From Haliotis rufescens (lineage: Eukaryota), in assembly GCF_023055435.1 (NCBI RefSeq), contig NW_025963891.1:16058001-16122000 (forward strand): a DNA stretch of 64,000 bases. The letters run 5' to 3'. Of this stretch, positions 25,354 through 38,666 are shown one piece after another (positions within the stretch are counted from its first letter, which is position 1; each line of letters starts with the position of its first letter). Under the pieces are notes generated by a model. It searched no databases. It saw nothing but the letters and a program-made list of their open reading frames with translations, and was not told where the DNA came from. Both the position numbers and the translations under genes were made by a program.

Positions 25354-25823
25354 CAGTAAAAAACGTGTATAACGAACACGCTTATAAAGAACTGACGGAT
25401 ATTACGAACTTACGTTTTGGTCCCCACCATTTGCTGTATAGAGTGAGTGAGTGAGTTAGTTGGGTTGAACGCCGCTTTTAACATTCTTCCAGTTACATCA
25501 CGGCGTGTCAGCTTAATGTGGGAGGAAAGTCCGAAGTGATGCATGTCTCAGACGTTTACCACTTCGGTGAAACCCACGAGCACGGGTATGGTGCTGACAA
25601 ACCTAGAAACATAATTGGGGTGAACCGGGATTCGAACCCACAATCATAGGTTTCTGGCGTGTCCAGGGGACGCAACTCTGCACAGCGAATCGCGGCGCCT
25701 TAGACGACTGGGCCACCCGTGCCCCCTGCTGTATAGATGTTGTATGTATGCTTATAACGAACTACGGTTATAATGAACTAAAATTAGTGGTCCATTTGAG
25801 TTCGTTATAACCGTAGTTTACTG
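25354..25823. mobile_element. Tc1/mariner-pogo-type MITE interrupted by a family B SINE
   Basis: TA TSD at 25352-53 and 25824-25; TIR cagtaaa.aacg..tataacgaac. Confidence 0.88.
25443..25726 (-). mobile_element. tRNA-derived SINE, family B (about 285 bp, long A-B box spacer), nested in a MITE
   Basis: Head ggggcacgggtggcccagtcgtctaaggcgc...ggttcgaatcc; (ACTC)n tail; 11-bp TSD tgctgtataga at 25432-25442 and 25727-25737. Confidence 0.93.
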
Positions 25824-27568
25824 TACCTGCCAATTCCTTTCAATCCAATATACACCATGCTTAAAAAGAAGCAGGTATCCATTCAGTAAACATTCATAAT
25901 TGTATATCAGACAATATTCAGAGGGTAAAAGCTTTCAAAGCAAACCGATGAACCAAGGATGTTTTGTATGTGTTAGTCTTTGTGATTACATCGAATATTG
26001 CAAAGAAATCGCTGTTGGACGGTACACGTAACTATCATGCTTTTAAAGCAATACTAATGAAATAGCTGTACCTGTATCGCTATTGTGTGTTTGACTATCG
26101 AGTGTTATTGCAATATCAAAATGTCCTTGATAGTCACCTCCAGTAACAATGCTGTGCTCAGTGACTGGAGACAGAGTGAGCATCACTTGTAAGTCTCCAT
26201 ACACATGACATGATGCAGGGTTTCGGTGTAGTCAGTATTCTTAAAGCCGCATCACGGTTCATCATGATTTGAATCACGATCAGCTTGGGTTACTGAGTTA
26301 CCAGATCAAAGGATAACAACCTGTGAATCCCTGTGAAGGCATCTTATCATCGTGTTGTCACGAAGAAACTAAACATGCAGAGGTATTCACTTGCATTATC
26401 ATGTCCAACATAACAATTGTGGTACTATGCTCATACTGTATGAGTGACGTCAGCATGACGTCAGCCCTGCCTGGTTCCTTACTGCAAGAAGAAACGTGGA
26501 ATAGTGGAGATGTTTGTTCTTTTACAACTATTGATGGCATGTGACAAACATCACTGTGTACGTGCAAACTGGCAACCACAAACTAGCATCCGTCAAAAAC
26601 ATACTCACAAAGAACAACTTATTCATGTACGAGCGTGCAAAACATCATGTTGTGCACTCAATAACTGTTCGTCGTGCAGACAACAGTAGTGATGGGATAA
26701 AAAAAATTAACTTTTATGGAGTGGACATTTACATGCTCTAGGATGATGCTGTATGTCAGTTATTTCAGAAGGTGTGCTTGTTCTGTTTCGCTGAAAATCA
26801 TCAACACCGTTCCACGATGACAGACTAGCAAGGTCACACATGGTAAAAGACTCTGTTTACAAACACTGGGTACTGGGAACTAATGCTTTCCTGGATCACA
26901 ACATACATGTTGGGCATATTATTTCAAATTTGAGGGTAACATCGAGATAATGTCAGGAGACACGGGTCGTCGCAAATCGCTGTACAGAACCGCGCCTATC
27001 ATCGTCTACTTGACAACAATTAACATCCTTGCCATGGTCTGTTAGCACCATATCAGTGCTCGTGATAATCGCCCGAGACCTGCGCCATTTTGGGCGTCAC
27101 ATCAGCATTAAACAGTTTCTGGCATACAAGATTGTTCACCGCAAACGTCAATGCGTTCACTCGGCGCTCGTGTTTTATGTGATGATATGTGATGAATATC
27201 TGTACAGTGGAATATAGTTCTCTCAGCTTAATTAACTCAATTTACCGTTTTGGGAAGACGATATAACTTTATGGCCCCTCGGAGTGTATAATATCGACTC
27301 TCAGTTTGTCTCGATCTGATGATGTCATTTATGTTTCTCTGGGCCCTTTGACGTTGAGTTTACGAAGTATTGATATTGCAGTTTCCATGCTATTAGATCG
27401 TTGACAATAAAAACAACATGATATAATGTTCACATTAGAAAACCCCATCCAGCTAGGCAGGATAGCAGCTGGAACTGTTTACAACAAAAGAGTCTGCTTG
27501 AAATTGGAAACATGGGCAAACCCATCATACCAAAGGCATGTTTTTCGGCATTGACCAAAGGAAACCAG

Positions 27569-27675
27569 GGCCCCGTTCCTCAAAGCGATCTTAGCGCTAC
27601 GATGATCGTAAGCCTATGTTAAAGTATGGGACTTACGATCACCTTAGCGCTAAGATCGCTTTGAGGAACTGGGCC
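27569..27675. mobile_element. PIF/Harbinger-type palindromic MITE (107 bp)
   Basis: TIR ggccc(c/a)gttcctcaaagcgatcttagcgcta...; 3-bp TSD cag at 27566-68 and 27676-78. Confidence 0.85.
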
Positions 27676-28887
27676 CAGGACCCATGTGGAAAGGCACAAC
27701 AATATCGCAACCTGTTCTTGTAGACCAGTGTTATACAAACAACTGTTGTTGTTTGTTTCAAAAATGACAGTTCGTGTGGTTTGTGATGCATCTTCTTAAT
27801 CTGTATTTCATTATAATTATGCCATAGAAATAGATGTAGTTTCATTACGAAATGTTCCTCCTGATTTCATAAAGACTAACATATAGTAGTTTATGGAATC
27901 GTGTATTATGCAGCGCATTCCTTTCCTCTAAATACCACGTTTCCTGATGTTGGCAGAGCTGGCTAGACTTGCCTTTATATTTCAGATTGTTTGGGCTTCA
28001 TATAATACATATAGTCAGCATGATGGTGCAGGGCAATTTTTTTGTAGTGACACTTAACTGATCTGCGAACTGATCTTGATTGATTGAGACGCCATTGTGA
28101 ACCCTGTTATCGCTGTTTTGTTTATATCTCATTAACAGGGTTAATCTGTTCTAAATATTGCAAGACGTCTTTGGTTTATTTGAGCAAGAGGGCAATTACA
28201 CGTTTGTAAATATTGATGAAACAGTGGCAATAGATTGGTGTTATGACGTGGCGAATGTCTATTGCAAGCATCAACGTTTCATGTGAAATTTGGACGAACG
28301 GAAGTGCCGAATCCCGATGTGTATTAAATACATGCGCAACACTGGCCGGTAAAATAGGTCGCTAGGGGGGAGTAATCGATAACAAGTAATTAATGAAACA
28401 ATTTGCGTAAAATTGACCATTAACATTTATGGCAGTCTCTGCTTTCAACTCGATAATATGGCTTCCGATATGTGCACCCAGAAAGCCGATATCTCCAGAG
28501 ACAGGCGGAATAGGTATTTCTATATGACAGGTGTAGATGTGGTGTGAGGAGTGGAACTTATTGTCTCATTTATTCAAGCAATATCGTTCACGTACCTGAG
28601 AAATGGGCTAAATTGAACCAACGCTGGAACCATTAGGCAACACCACCACCCTCCCAAGGATAGTTATTGTCTCTTATGTGGCTACTACACATTAGCTGAT
28701 TAATTAATGTTACAGTAACTGCATATTGTACATAGTAGATCCATCATCATTAGGGTATCTAGTGGCGACATACGTACGAGCGCCATTGCATTCATGTATC
28801 AAGACTCAACTTAAACACGGGAAACGTTACAGGCATATTATTGTAATATTCACATTCTTGTTTATATAATTAGGCAGCGGTGTGATA

Positions 28888-29121
28888 CGTCGCAAATCGC
28901 TGTACACAGTTGCGTCCCTTAGGTAAGCCAGAAACCTATGATCATGGGTTTGAATCCTGGTTAGCCCCGATTATGTTTCTAGGTTTGTCAGCACCATACT
29001 TGTGCTCGGTGGTAAACGGTTAAGACCCGCATCACTTCGGGCTTTCCACCCACTTTAAGCTGACACGCCGTGATATAACTGGAACACTGTTCAAGGCGTT
29101 AACCAAAACTCACTCACTCAC
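28888..29121 (+). mobile_element. SINE family B, 5'-truncated
   Basis: gccagaaacctatgat...gctgacacgccgtgat...actcactcac. Confidence 0.87.
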
Positions 29122-30300
29122 TAGAATGATTTGGACATCCAAATACGCCATGGGTTTGATTCCTGCTGGTGTGAACACGCCCTGCTCATAGCTTGATGAA
29201 CACTGGGACACATGTGTCGCATTAGAAGTGGTAATATTGATTATCAAAAGCTCAAATGAATTAAATCTATATTTGGAATGATCAACGGATAACGGTATTG
29301 GCCTATCAAGCCATATGAACATAACGGGATGCGCATAGATGTTTGTCTCTGCTAGGTGGCGCTGATCCCCCCGTTGAAAACGTAGATCCGGAAATGATTG
29401 ACAAGCACACGTTATTTATGAGGAAAACAATCAGTGGAGTTTTGCCAAATTCCACGAGTTTCTATGTCTACACTTCCCCGTTGCCGAAGAGTAATCAATT
29501 ACCAAGATGCCTGTCTACTGGGACGTTTGATGGACAACAGCAAACAAGTGGTTGACATAATTTGTAAATAAATAGTGATAGCGTACGCCACCACGGAATG
29601 ATCAGATTGTCTTAGAGATACAACTCTAGCTGTTCCTCAGCATTGTCTTGATATAATACTTGGGAAAGTTCCTTACCGCGATCTGTGTGCGGAGTGAACA
29701 GCAAATCTTGAAAGCATTTGAAGTGATCAGCAATTGCGTTCCCTTTTCGCGAACACCTGGTATCATCACTGATTTTCAGTGTTCCAGTTTTCTGTCTTAA
29801 GCGGTCTCTGAATACACCAGACAGTTTTAAAGTCAGTGAGTGACGCTATGTGGGACAGGATGTTACTGATGTCAAGGTATGTTAGCTTATTGGGAGACAT
29901 CTTCCCGAGGCAAGGAGTTAACTGAGTTTGAAAGTCCAGTTGCCGAACTAGGCTGGAATTCCTGGGCTCGATCGTAGCGCCACCAATGGTTATTACGAGT
30001 TATGTCCCTTTTAAGCCTCTCCTATGGACCAATCAGATTCCACCTCTCGTATCACTTGCATTTGTTTCAAACAAAACGGCGGTGCCAAGTCAAGACCTCC
30101 TGATCGATAATCAAGATCTATGTTGTAATAAAACGGGTCTTACATCGCGAAGTGCATCAAATCAAGTGAGCACCTTGATTAGAAACATGAAAAGACTTGG
30201 AAATTATCTGTTGACAACGAGTTTGCGTTGCACATGCTTTGCAAATCCTGCAATCGATCGAAATTTGCACGACAGTTTACTAACCGGATTTCGATTTCGA

Positions 30301-30482
30301 AGCCCGAAGTGATGCAGGACTCAGACGTTACCACTTTGTTCAAACTCAGGGGGACGGGTATAGTGCTAACAAACCAAGATACACAATCGAACATGGGAGT
30401 CGAACCCACGATCATAGGTTTCGGCGTGCCAAACTGCACAGTGAATTGCGGTGCAATAGATGACTGGGCCACATGTGCCCCC
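30301..30482 (-). mobile_element. SINE family B, 3'-truncated and degenerate
   Basis: Head and body match; tail missing. Confidence 0.8.
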
Positions 30483-31859
30483 TAATGTTTTGAGGTTTTG
30501 ATAAATGCGAATACCACATGAAAGAATATCGACAGCTATATAAGAATTATTCATTCAGTACCCGCTTCTCTCATTTACTTCAAACCACATCCTGTTGTCT
30601 CGAACGTGTTGTGTGTTATTAGTGTGTTATATATTCATCATACTATTCTATTCTCCTATGTATATTCTCCATCTATACCATGGTAGAAAGAATGCATCCG
30701 TCAACCAAGAACTCGTAGATGAAATCAAATGTGTGTTCTGATCAGGAATATTTCGGGGATGATTCATATAATGTGTCACAAAGTTATGCAATGGGTAGGA
30801 CAAGTTATGCAACATTCACACGTGTATGTCACGCACGGAAGCTTAAAGTGATTCCAAGATATGAATATAATCCCTTAATTCTATGTTTCCTTCATATATC
30901 AATCTGATCAGAGATTTATAGCTCTCTCCCGTGTCTTGCTGAACATATCTCTCTCTGTTTTCAATTAATATTCTTCAACAAGCTCAAGAGATTCTTACCC
31001 TCGCGGTACTGCTAACAGCCTGGGGTTATCTGCGCAGACTTTATCCCATCCAAGTAATAAGGTTACTTGTATACAAGACAACACGATTGGCGCCTACTGA
31101 TGCTCTTGGCTCTCACGGACTCCGACAGAACAAGGACCAATTACATCAACAGAGCCGTCCGACAGAGCTTGCTATTACGGGTTTAATCTGCTTATGCTGT
31201 AAGAATCACCAAACCTTCAGCCCAATACATCGATGGGTTATGGGATTGGTCAGTTCCACTAAGGCTCCTAATTTCAATGTACCGGTCGAACAAGCTTGGC
31301 GTGAAGCGATGTGTCTGGTTTTAGGAAAACGGTTTGCACTTCACCGAAAATATTGAAGTGGACGGTTTTGTCTCTTTACTAAAGAATGCAAACGAAAAGA
31401 AAATATTTGCTCGTCTACTCTCAAGCTCGGTTGAAAACGGACACACAGATGACGGGAGGCATCATAGAGTCGGGGTATTCATAGAGCCAAATGATCATAT
31501 CTAAGGACGGGATGAAGAAGTAGCTATTCACACGGCTACGTGCAACAACCATGATTTATGATATCGTTAATGTTTCGTATTTTGCTACCTCCTTCATCAC
31601 GATAAATATCTTTCAGGAAGTTAGGTACTCCCTTGTGTATGCTCTAGTTGTCCAATTACATGTAGAATACATTATTGCCAGATCGACCACCATGGCCACA
31701 AAACTGTGCCCCTTGTCATATAGTCGTAAATGTAGTAGTTTGGTACCTTGTGCTGTCATTAATTGTGATGTTCATTGATATACATGTAACGTGTATCGAT
31801 TCCTTATACCATCACAATACATGCACCCCATCAGAATTCTGTTTTCACCTTTAGTTATC

Positions 31860-32129
31860 GTTTGTTTGTTCTTTAACGCCGCAATAGGCAATATTCCAGC
31901 TATATGACGGCGGTCTGTAAATAATCGAGTCTGGACAAGACGATCCAGTCATTGACATTATGAGCATCAATTCACACAAATGGGATACGATGACATGCAT
32001 CAACCAAGTCAGCGAGCCTGACAACCCGATCCCGTTAGTCGCCTCTTACGACAAGCATAGTCAGTCACCTTTTACGGCAAGCATGGGTTGCTGAAGACCT
32101 ATTCACCATCAAGATCATTCAAGATCTTC
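31860..32129 (-). mobile_element. SINE-like family D, internal hairpin duplication, rearranged 5' end
   Basis: TSD agttatc at 31853-31859 and 32130-32136. Confidence 0.88.
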
Positions 32130-32813
32130 AGTTATCATGTTTGACTATGTAGAAACCTGCTGTACTGTCATATTAACCGTTAAGATATAACAGATCTATA
32201 GTATATGGTACATATGGATCGATTTTGCATCATAATGTTTTATCAACAATATATATTATAAAAAATAAAGTGAAACATTTAAAATATTAGCGTGATTTCC
32301 ACCAAAACTGTGTGTCAAAATTTTAAAAAATAATCGGAAAGGGTATTTTGAAAGTAAAGCGTTGACACGCATGTACACAAATAAACCACACTATTGCGTT
32401 CTTAATGTTTAATTTCAGTTCTCATTGATTCCAAACAAAATTACTACCTAAACCCTCGCAACATTTATACCGTGACCCCAGTTCAATAGCTGTTTAATAT
32501 TCATAACAGCTATATATAGAGAGCAGTTAAGATGCAACTGGCACCGACAAGTAGATAGTTAACTGGCAATCAGCTGTTCATTTATCTTTACAAGGGACCG
32601 AGCATAAGTAATCGCGATTCTGATTCATTTGTGCGTGAAAGTGAATGCCAAACAGTATAGAGCTCCAGTTACATAATATCCAGGGAGCTAAATCAATCTG
32701 AGGATGCATATATTAATTATGTCAATTACAACCTCCTCATTCTGCCTGATAGTGACAACTACATGCCGAGTATCGACATATGGACAACAATAGATCTTTC
32801 CTTTTTGAAAAAT

Positions 32814-32978
32814 GGGCGGTCGGGTAGCCTAGTGGTTAAAGCGTTCGCTCGTCACGCCGAAGACCCGGGTTCGATTCCCGACATGGGTACAATTTGTGAA
32901 GCCCATTTCTGGTGTCCCCCGCCGTGATATTGCTGGAATATTGCTAAAAGTGGCGTAAAAACAAACTCACTCACTCGC
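32814..32978 (+). mobile_element. tRNA-derived SINE, family A
   Basis: Near-identical to 23201-23366; 12-bp TSD tcctttttgaaa at 32799-32810 and 32979-32990. Confidence 0.94.
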
Positions 32979-33336
32979 TCCTTTTTGAAATAAAGTGTTC
33001 TCGACTGTTAAATGAATACAAAGACTACAAAATATCATTTTGCTGATTTGTATTCCGCTCTGATATCGCTTGAACCATTTGATGTTGAGATGGTATGTAA
33101 ATTAAATATTCATCGGTCCTGACATTTGAAGAACCAAAGACAAAGTGGATCAAAGCCATTATGTCCTTTGAGATGCCATAAAATGAATTTCACTTATGCA
33201 TATTATTAATTCATAAATGTCAGCTTTCACAGAAAGAGCCATCCACGCCCGCTTACATGTACCTGATATATTCGTGTTTTCATATTATTACCTTTCTTAA
33301 AGTATTTATCAATCCTTTATGCATCAAGTAATCCGT

Positions 33337-33516
33337 TGGTTCGAGTCCTGGTTCGTCCCATGTTTCGAGGATTGTCAGCACCATACCGTGCTCGGGGGTT
33401 TCACCAAAGTGGTAAATGTCTGAGACCTACATCACTTCTGGCTTTCCTCCCGCACCAAGCTACCAAAGAAACGGGTATAATGCTGAAAACGCCGTTCAAC
33501 ACAACTCACTCACTCA
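33337..33516 (+). mobile_element. SINE family B, 5'-truncated
   Basis: B box through (ACTC)n tail. Confidence 0.8.
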
Positions 33517-34072
33517 TGTAATCGAAAGTTTAATAAACCGTAAACCTAATTCCGAAAAAGGCGTAATCGAGTTACTAGTAAAAGTAAATTGGTATTTCAT
33601 AGGAAAAGGCATTAGTCATTATCAGACGAAATAAATGGACCACCATGAATATGACCTTTTTACCTTTACTGCGTATATTGAGGTCTTGGAATTCGAAAAA
33701 CACATTAGCGATTTAGTAGCGGTAATTTGATTACTGAAGATGTCGCCCACACAACCCTGGGCAGTCGCGGACCCGAGGCTGCCGTGGCGATATGTATTAT
33801 ATCAACAGGTCAGACAGATCATAGGTCATGACCCTAGTGGACCCAAATATACATCAATATATAATTACATATATTCCACCAAAACGAAAAGTATCCAAAA
33901 CTGCGTTATTACAGTCTTTGATAGATTTGAGTTAATACAAATAATTTGGTAGTGATTGTTCCACGCTTTATCTGCGATCATTAACATGAGTTATGAAAAC
34001 CTTGTAAGGCCATGTATTCATTCATCCGTATGTAACACAAATTGAACAAGATACATTTTTACATGTATATGA

Positions 34073-34279
34073 GACCCGTGAAGATCGGGGGTAGAATAGA
34101 TCTTTAGCAATCCATGCTTGTCGTAAGAAGCGAAATACGGGATCGGGTGGTCAGGCTCGCTGACTTGGTTGATGCATGTCATCGTATCCCAATTGCGTGG
34201 ATCGATGCTCGTGATGCCAATCACTGGATTGTCTGGTTCAGCCTCAATTATTTCCAGACCGCCAAATGACAAACAAACA
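34073..34279 (+). mobile_element. SINE-like family D, tail partly deleted
   Basis: 12-bp TSD acatgtatatga at 34061-34072 and 34280-34291. Confidence 0.9.
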
Positions 34280-34317
34280 ACATGTATATGACATTCGACA
34301 TTCTAGAACTATTATTA

Positions 34318-34377
34318 TGAGTGAGTGAGTGAGTGAGTGAGTGAGTGAGTGAGTGAGTGAGTGAGTGAGTGAATGAG
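34318..34377. repeat. (GAGT)n microsatellite derived from a SINE tail
   Basis: Followed by degenerate minus-strand SINE tail sequence (tatttcagttacatcac). Confidence 0.9.
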
Positions 34378-35516
34378 TAAGGAGTTGGGTCTTGTGCCCT
34401 TGGAAACTATTTCAGTTACATCACCGCTTGTTAGAGAACAATCCAAAGTGTGCAGGTCTTTACTACTACAATTTAACTCACGAGAAGAGTACAGTTTTGA
34501 ACGACCGAGCATTGCAAGTAGCAAGTAGCGAATCTGGGATTCGAACCACGACCAGATGATCAAGAATGCCAAAGATCTCAAATCTCTCTACATGCGTGTA
34601 TATTAGCACACATTCTAAAAGCAAACCATCTAAAAATTCTGTAGACACCAAACTTGGATTCTCAATGCATTAAATATTCATGATAGTATAAAGCAAAGTA
34701 ACAGCCCTCAACAATGCCACAATTCAGACACGTAATCGCCACTCGTAGACTCATGATTAGCGGGTTACATGCGACATAGTATTGGCCTCAGACACTAAGG
34801 AGAGGAATGTTAGAAGTAGTGGTACCACGAAGACGGCGGATGTGTCTGCAAGTTATTCGTCGGGGACTAGTTTGTCAGTACTTTGCAATGGGGGAAGACA
34901 ATTTGGCAATTAGTAATGCTGAACCCCTCTGAACATTACTTTATTAAGAGGTAGATAAGCATCACTACTGGTCAGTTTCATTACGTAGGTACTTCAGATG
35001 TCGACTTCAAAGGGAGGTAGTTATTGATCATCATGAGGGTCTGGTACATGACTTAGAGACTCGTGTATGTGTCATACTGGTGGGTGATCCATGATTCAAT
35101 CAAGGGGTGTCTGACGACCGGTGAATTATCACAAAACCTCCAATCGCCCTCAGGCGATTCTGTTGTGAAAGCTCAATTTACGTACAGTTACATTAAATGC
35201 ATAACGTGACAGCATAACAGCTATGGGCGATTGCACAAAGAGTTTATATGTAAAATGCAATAGTTACAGTATTAAAGTAATACCTCTGAGTAAGTGATCT
35301 GTCAGTTTTGTTCAACAACACCACGACTGTATTTCACTAACGTCTCGACATGAGAACTGAAAGGATAGGAAACTGAGACGGGTTGGACGTTGTAAAACCA
35401 AGAATCCGAATCGCAAATATCGCAACGAGGAACCTCTGAAACAAACGTTATACTTGGGATAACCCTTACTTTGTTAAGTAGAGATTCTCGGTCTTTTTTT
35501 CTTTTCTTTTTCTTTC

Positions 35517-35703
35517 GCCAGCACACAAAGTCAGCGATCTAGCCCACTTAGCCACCGAGGCTTCCACAAAAATGAAAGTCCGACAACTGGTAGTCTAGAT
35601 CACATACTTTGTGTACCCCCCTGACAAGTTACCAAGAAAGTGTTATCCCAAATATAACATTTGTTACATTTGACCACTTTCTAAATGGCATTGTGTGTTC
35701 ATA
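35517..35703 (-). mobile_element. Partial third copy of the TIR + tRNA-like element
   Basis: Contains the tRNA-like 5' half, about 70 bp of conserved upstream leader and the complete TIR ending gtgttcata. Confidence 0.75.
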
Positions 35704-37868
35704 GAGAAACCTCTGATTTACTACCAGGTACAGAAAAATCAACTGATCAACTAGATGAGAATGTCTCAAGTATTATCAAGATAACTATTAACTGATGTAT
35801 GCTGACACAGCTGATATATTATAGATTCAGAAACCTTTAAGAAAAGAGATTGAACCTGAAGAAATTGAGATTGAAAGCCAACATTGCATGCAGGTTATGT
35901 TGGATTTGTATTTATGCTTAACCTACCTTGAGATATAGTATAAGAATGTTCCAGTATACGGCAATGTGCATAATATGTATAAACATGCTTTTAAACGAAT
36001 TCAAGCAGTATTGTTCCTACCAATGCAGCACGAGATAAATTATAAACAAGACTGTTTATCTTTGTGATGGTAATGTGTGAGCTATTTCCGATGACGGCCA
36101 TCAACAGGTGCCCCCAAATAGTTGCCAACATCACCAGACATGCATGTCCATGTGTATAACCATGTCTCCGTGACTAACTGCATTCAGTGGAGTACACGCT
36201 GTCCATCACACGTGTAAGAGATTGTTTAGGCGGACGTGTCTGTTTCCCTACAACAGCGAACCGTAGGTCGGCATACCCTAAACGTCAGCACGGCATTACC
36301 ACTGCGAGCCTGTATGTCAAACGTCATGTGTAAGATAGCTGCATAACGAGACAGCCCCGTCAGAGATCACTGTGTCAGTGACATCCATACACAGTTACAT
36401 GGACACACATAATCTCAAGTGAAATCATGCTCGCGAATGTTGAAATCAAAGCATGGTCTATCCATAGTCAAGTGAAACATCGTTCTGAGTAATCCACTTG
36501 AGCATGTAACTTTGCATGTTATGGAAATAAGAGTATACGTATGCGTAAGGTATTCCAATTGATGCTGGAAAGAAATCAACTTAATGCCTGTCCGAATCAG
36601 TATCCATGTAGTAATACTCTGTCGAATGCATTGCTCTTTCTCTTGAGTCAACTTGTAATGTTTTATCAAAGTTGCATTCGAAGCATTTGCCTGTGAATAA
36701 CGAATAGTTTCTCCATTGCTCAGATAAAGCATACTTATCCATATTCAAGTGGAAACATATCCGTAACCACATTTGTTTGAAAATAATGTGTTTTCGTTCT
36801 TGCTTAGGCAGGTTTTACCGTTGTTCCTGACAAAATAGCCTTTTTCCTAGACCCTATTAAGTCATGTTTTTTTCATTTTTTTCATGCTTCTTTGAAAACA
36901 TGATTTATTTATGTTCCCATAGTAGCATGTGTATTATTGCCCCGGTGAAAGTATATTTCATCATATTCATGTGAAATCATATTTCGCTCCATTATCCCGT
37001 GAAAACATATCTTTTTATGCCTAGAAAGTATATTTTATCTATGTTCCTGAAACATGAAAGTGTATGTTTCATCCATACGAGCCATAATCACCCCGGCTAT
37101 GCGAAACGAACTACAGAATCTCCAGTTAGCACGTGTAGAGGATAATGTGCAGTAGACAAGATCCCCAGCGTTACATACAGCACAGAGAGAGAAAAGAAAC
37201 ATGACGTTTAATATAGCTTCTTATTTATACGTTTTCCGGCTTGCCAACCAGGGTATCGTTGACGTGATATTAGCCCTTCCCCAAGAACGTGGTTTCTAGA
37301 TATATATCTTACAACATGGGTGATACATTTTATGTTCGCAGTAGAAATGACTTTTTATCAAAACTGCTGTTTTACCCAAGTCAAGTGCAGTTGAGCATAA
37401 TTTGATATAATTCAACGCCAACATTATACCACAGAAGACAATAATGTTTGATGAATGGCCTGATAAATTATTCAGATGATAGGCTTTTATACCTGATACA
37501 ATCTAAATGGTCACTAAGTTCTTTCATGTTAATCATTATTAGGTAATATTTCAAACGTATATTGATAACTGTGTGTGGGTGTATTTACGCGCAGGATAGA
37601 TACTACAGTTTCAATACTTTAGTTTCAAAAACATTTCAGTTAACTTGCATATTTTAGAATATTGATTTTATGATTATATCAGATATAATGATTTAGGGAC
37701 ATCATTATGCAGTTATTTGCATTAAATATTTTTTTGGAAAATAACAGGTTCGACATTTTATGGCTATAAACATTAACAATCTGCCATGCTAAAAAGTATG
37801 CTGTCATCAAATGTTATTACAAAACACATAAAGTACACGATATGGATTACACATAAATCAACACTCAC

Positions 37869-38666
37869 CTTTCTTTTGGTTCTTAACTGTTGGAGATCTC
37901 TAGCCTGATCAGCATTTCCCGGGGAAGTTCGAGTCCATAATAGAATCCCCACAATTGAATAGGTCACAGAGAGGATGAAGAGAGGCATTATGTATGTGAT
38001 AAAGAGCACAAACAATGTGAAAATCCTTCTAGATAAGGGACTCGTCCATGTTTCATCACAAACAATTAAATGATAATCACCCACTCTCACATCATATGCC
38101 CTCCCAACAACCAGCTGAACAGATGAAAGCCCTATTGACGATACCCATATCGTCACCAATACATATTTTGCCCGTGCAGTGGTCAAGCGGGACTTGAGTG
38201 GAAACATGACAACGAGGAACCTGTCTATACCTATTGCCATGTTTGTGAACACGCTTGCTGACACTGACAGGTGTTGCATGAATAAGACAACTGGACACAT
38301 GGGTTTGGAGAACAGCCACGTCTTTAGCATGACGGATGTAAAAGTAAATGGCATACAAAAAAGGGCCATGATGAGATCGGCCACTGCAAGGTTGATGAGG
38401 AACGGCCTTATATCAGTGCGACATCGTCTACCTTTACAAAACACAAGAACAACGAGTAGATTCCCCATGATGGCAAGAATGGTTGTTAATGAGTATAAAA
38501 ATATTAATCCTATTTTCGAGTCCTCGGACAGAACCAAAAACGGAATGTCGGAGGCGGAGGTATTCCCTGATGACGAGTTTGTGTGGTTGTCCAACTGTGA
38601 CAAAGTCGTATCCGCCATCGGAGGTTTACATGGGACCTTTGAGCAATTTCCCTCCCAACTTCCCAT
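37869..38666 (-). CDS. First coding exon (266 codons, N-terminus through TM1-TM5 and ICL3) of a class A neuropeptide GPCR, leucokinin/tachykinin/luqin-RYamide receptor-related
   Basis: ATG in good Kozak context (gacATGg). N-glycosylation sequons NCS/NHT/NSS/NTS; TM1 GN, TM2 NLAVAD, ECL1 WLF..MC, TM3 DRF, TM4 W, ECL2 Cys, TM5 YIMP. ICL3 LW....PGNAD.ARD.......K.KV resembles leucokinin/luqin-type receptors. Phase-0 donor AAG|GTGAGT at 37869/37868; the ORF-track tail 37773-37868 is intron read-through. Confidence 0.93.

Noticed and set aside
26358-26579. Possible GPCR C-terminal exon
   Set aside because: No TM6/TM7 or NPxxY motif and no convincing splice acceptor.
32814-32890. Functional tRNA genes (also at 23201, 43593, 56446, 4077, 15336)
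   Set aside because: They continue into SINE bodies or TE sequence with TSDs, have imperfect cloverleaves and lack an oligo-T terminator.
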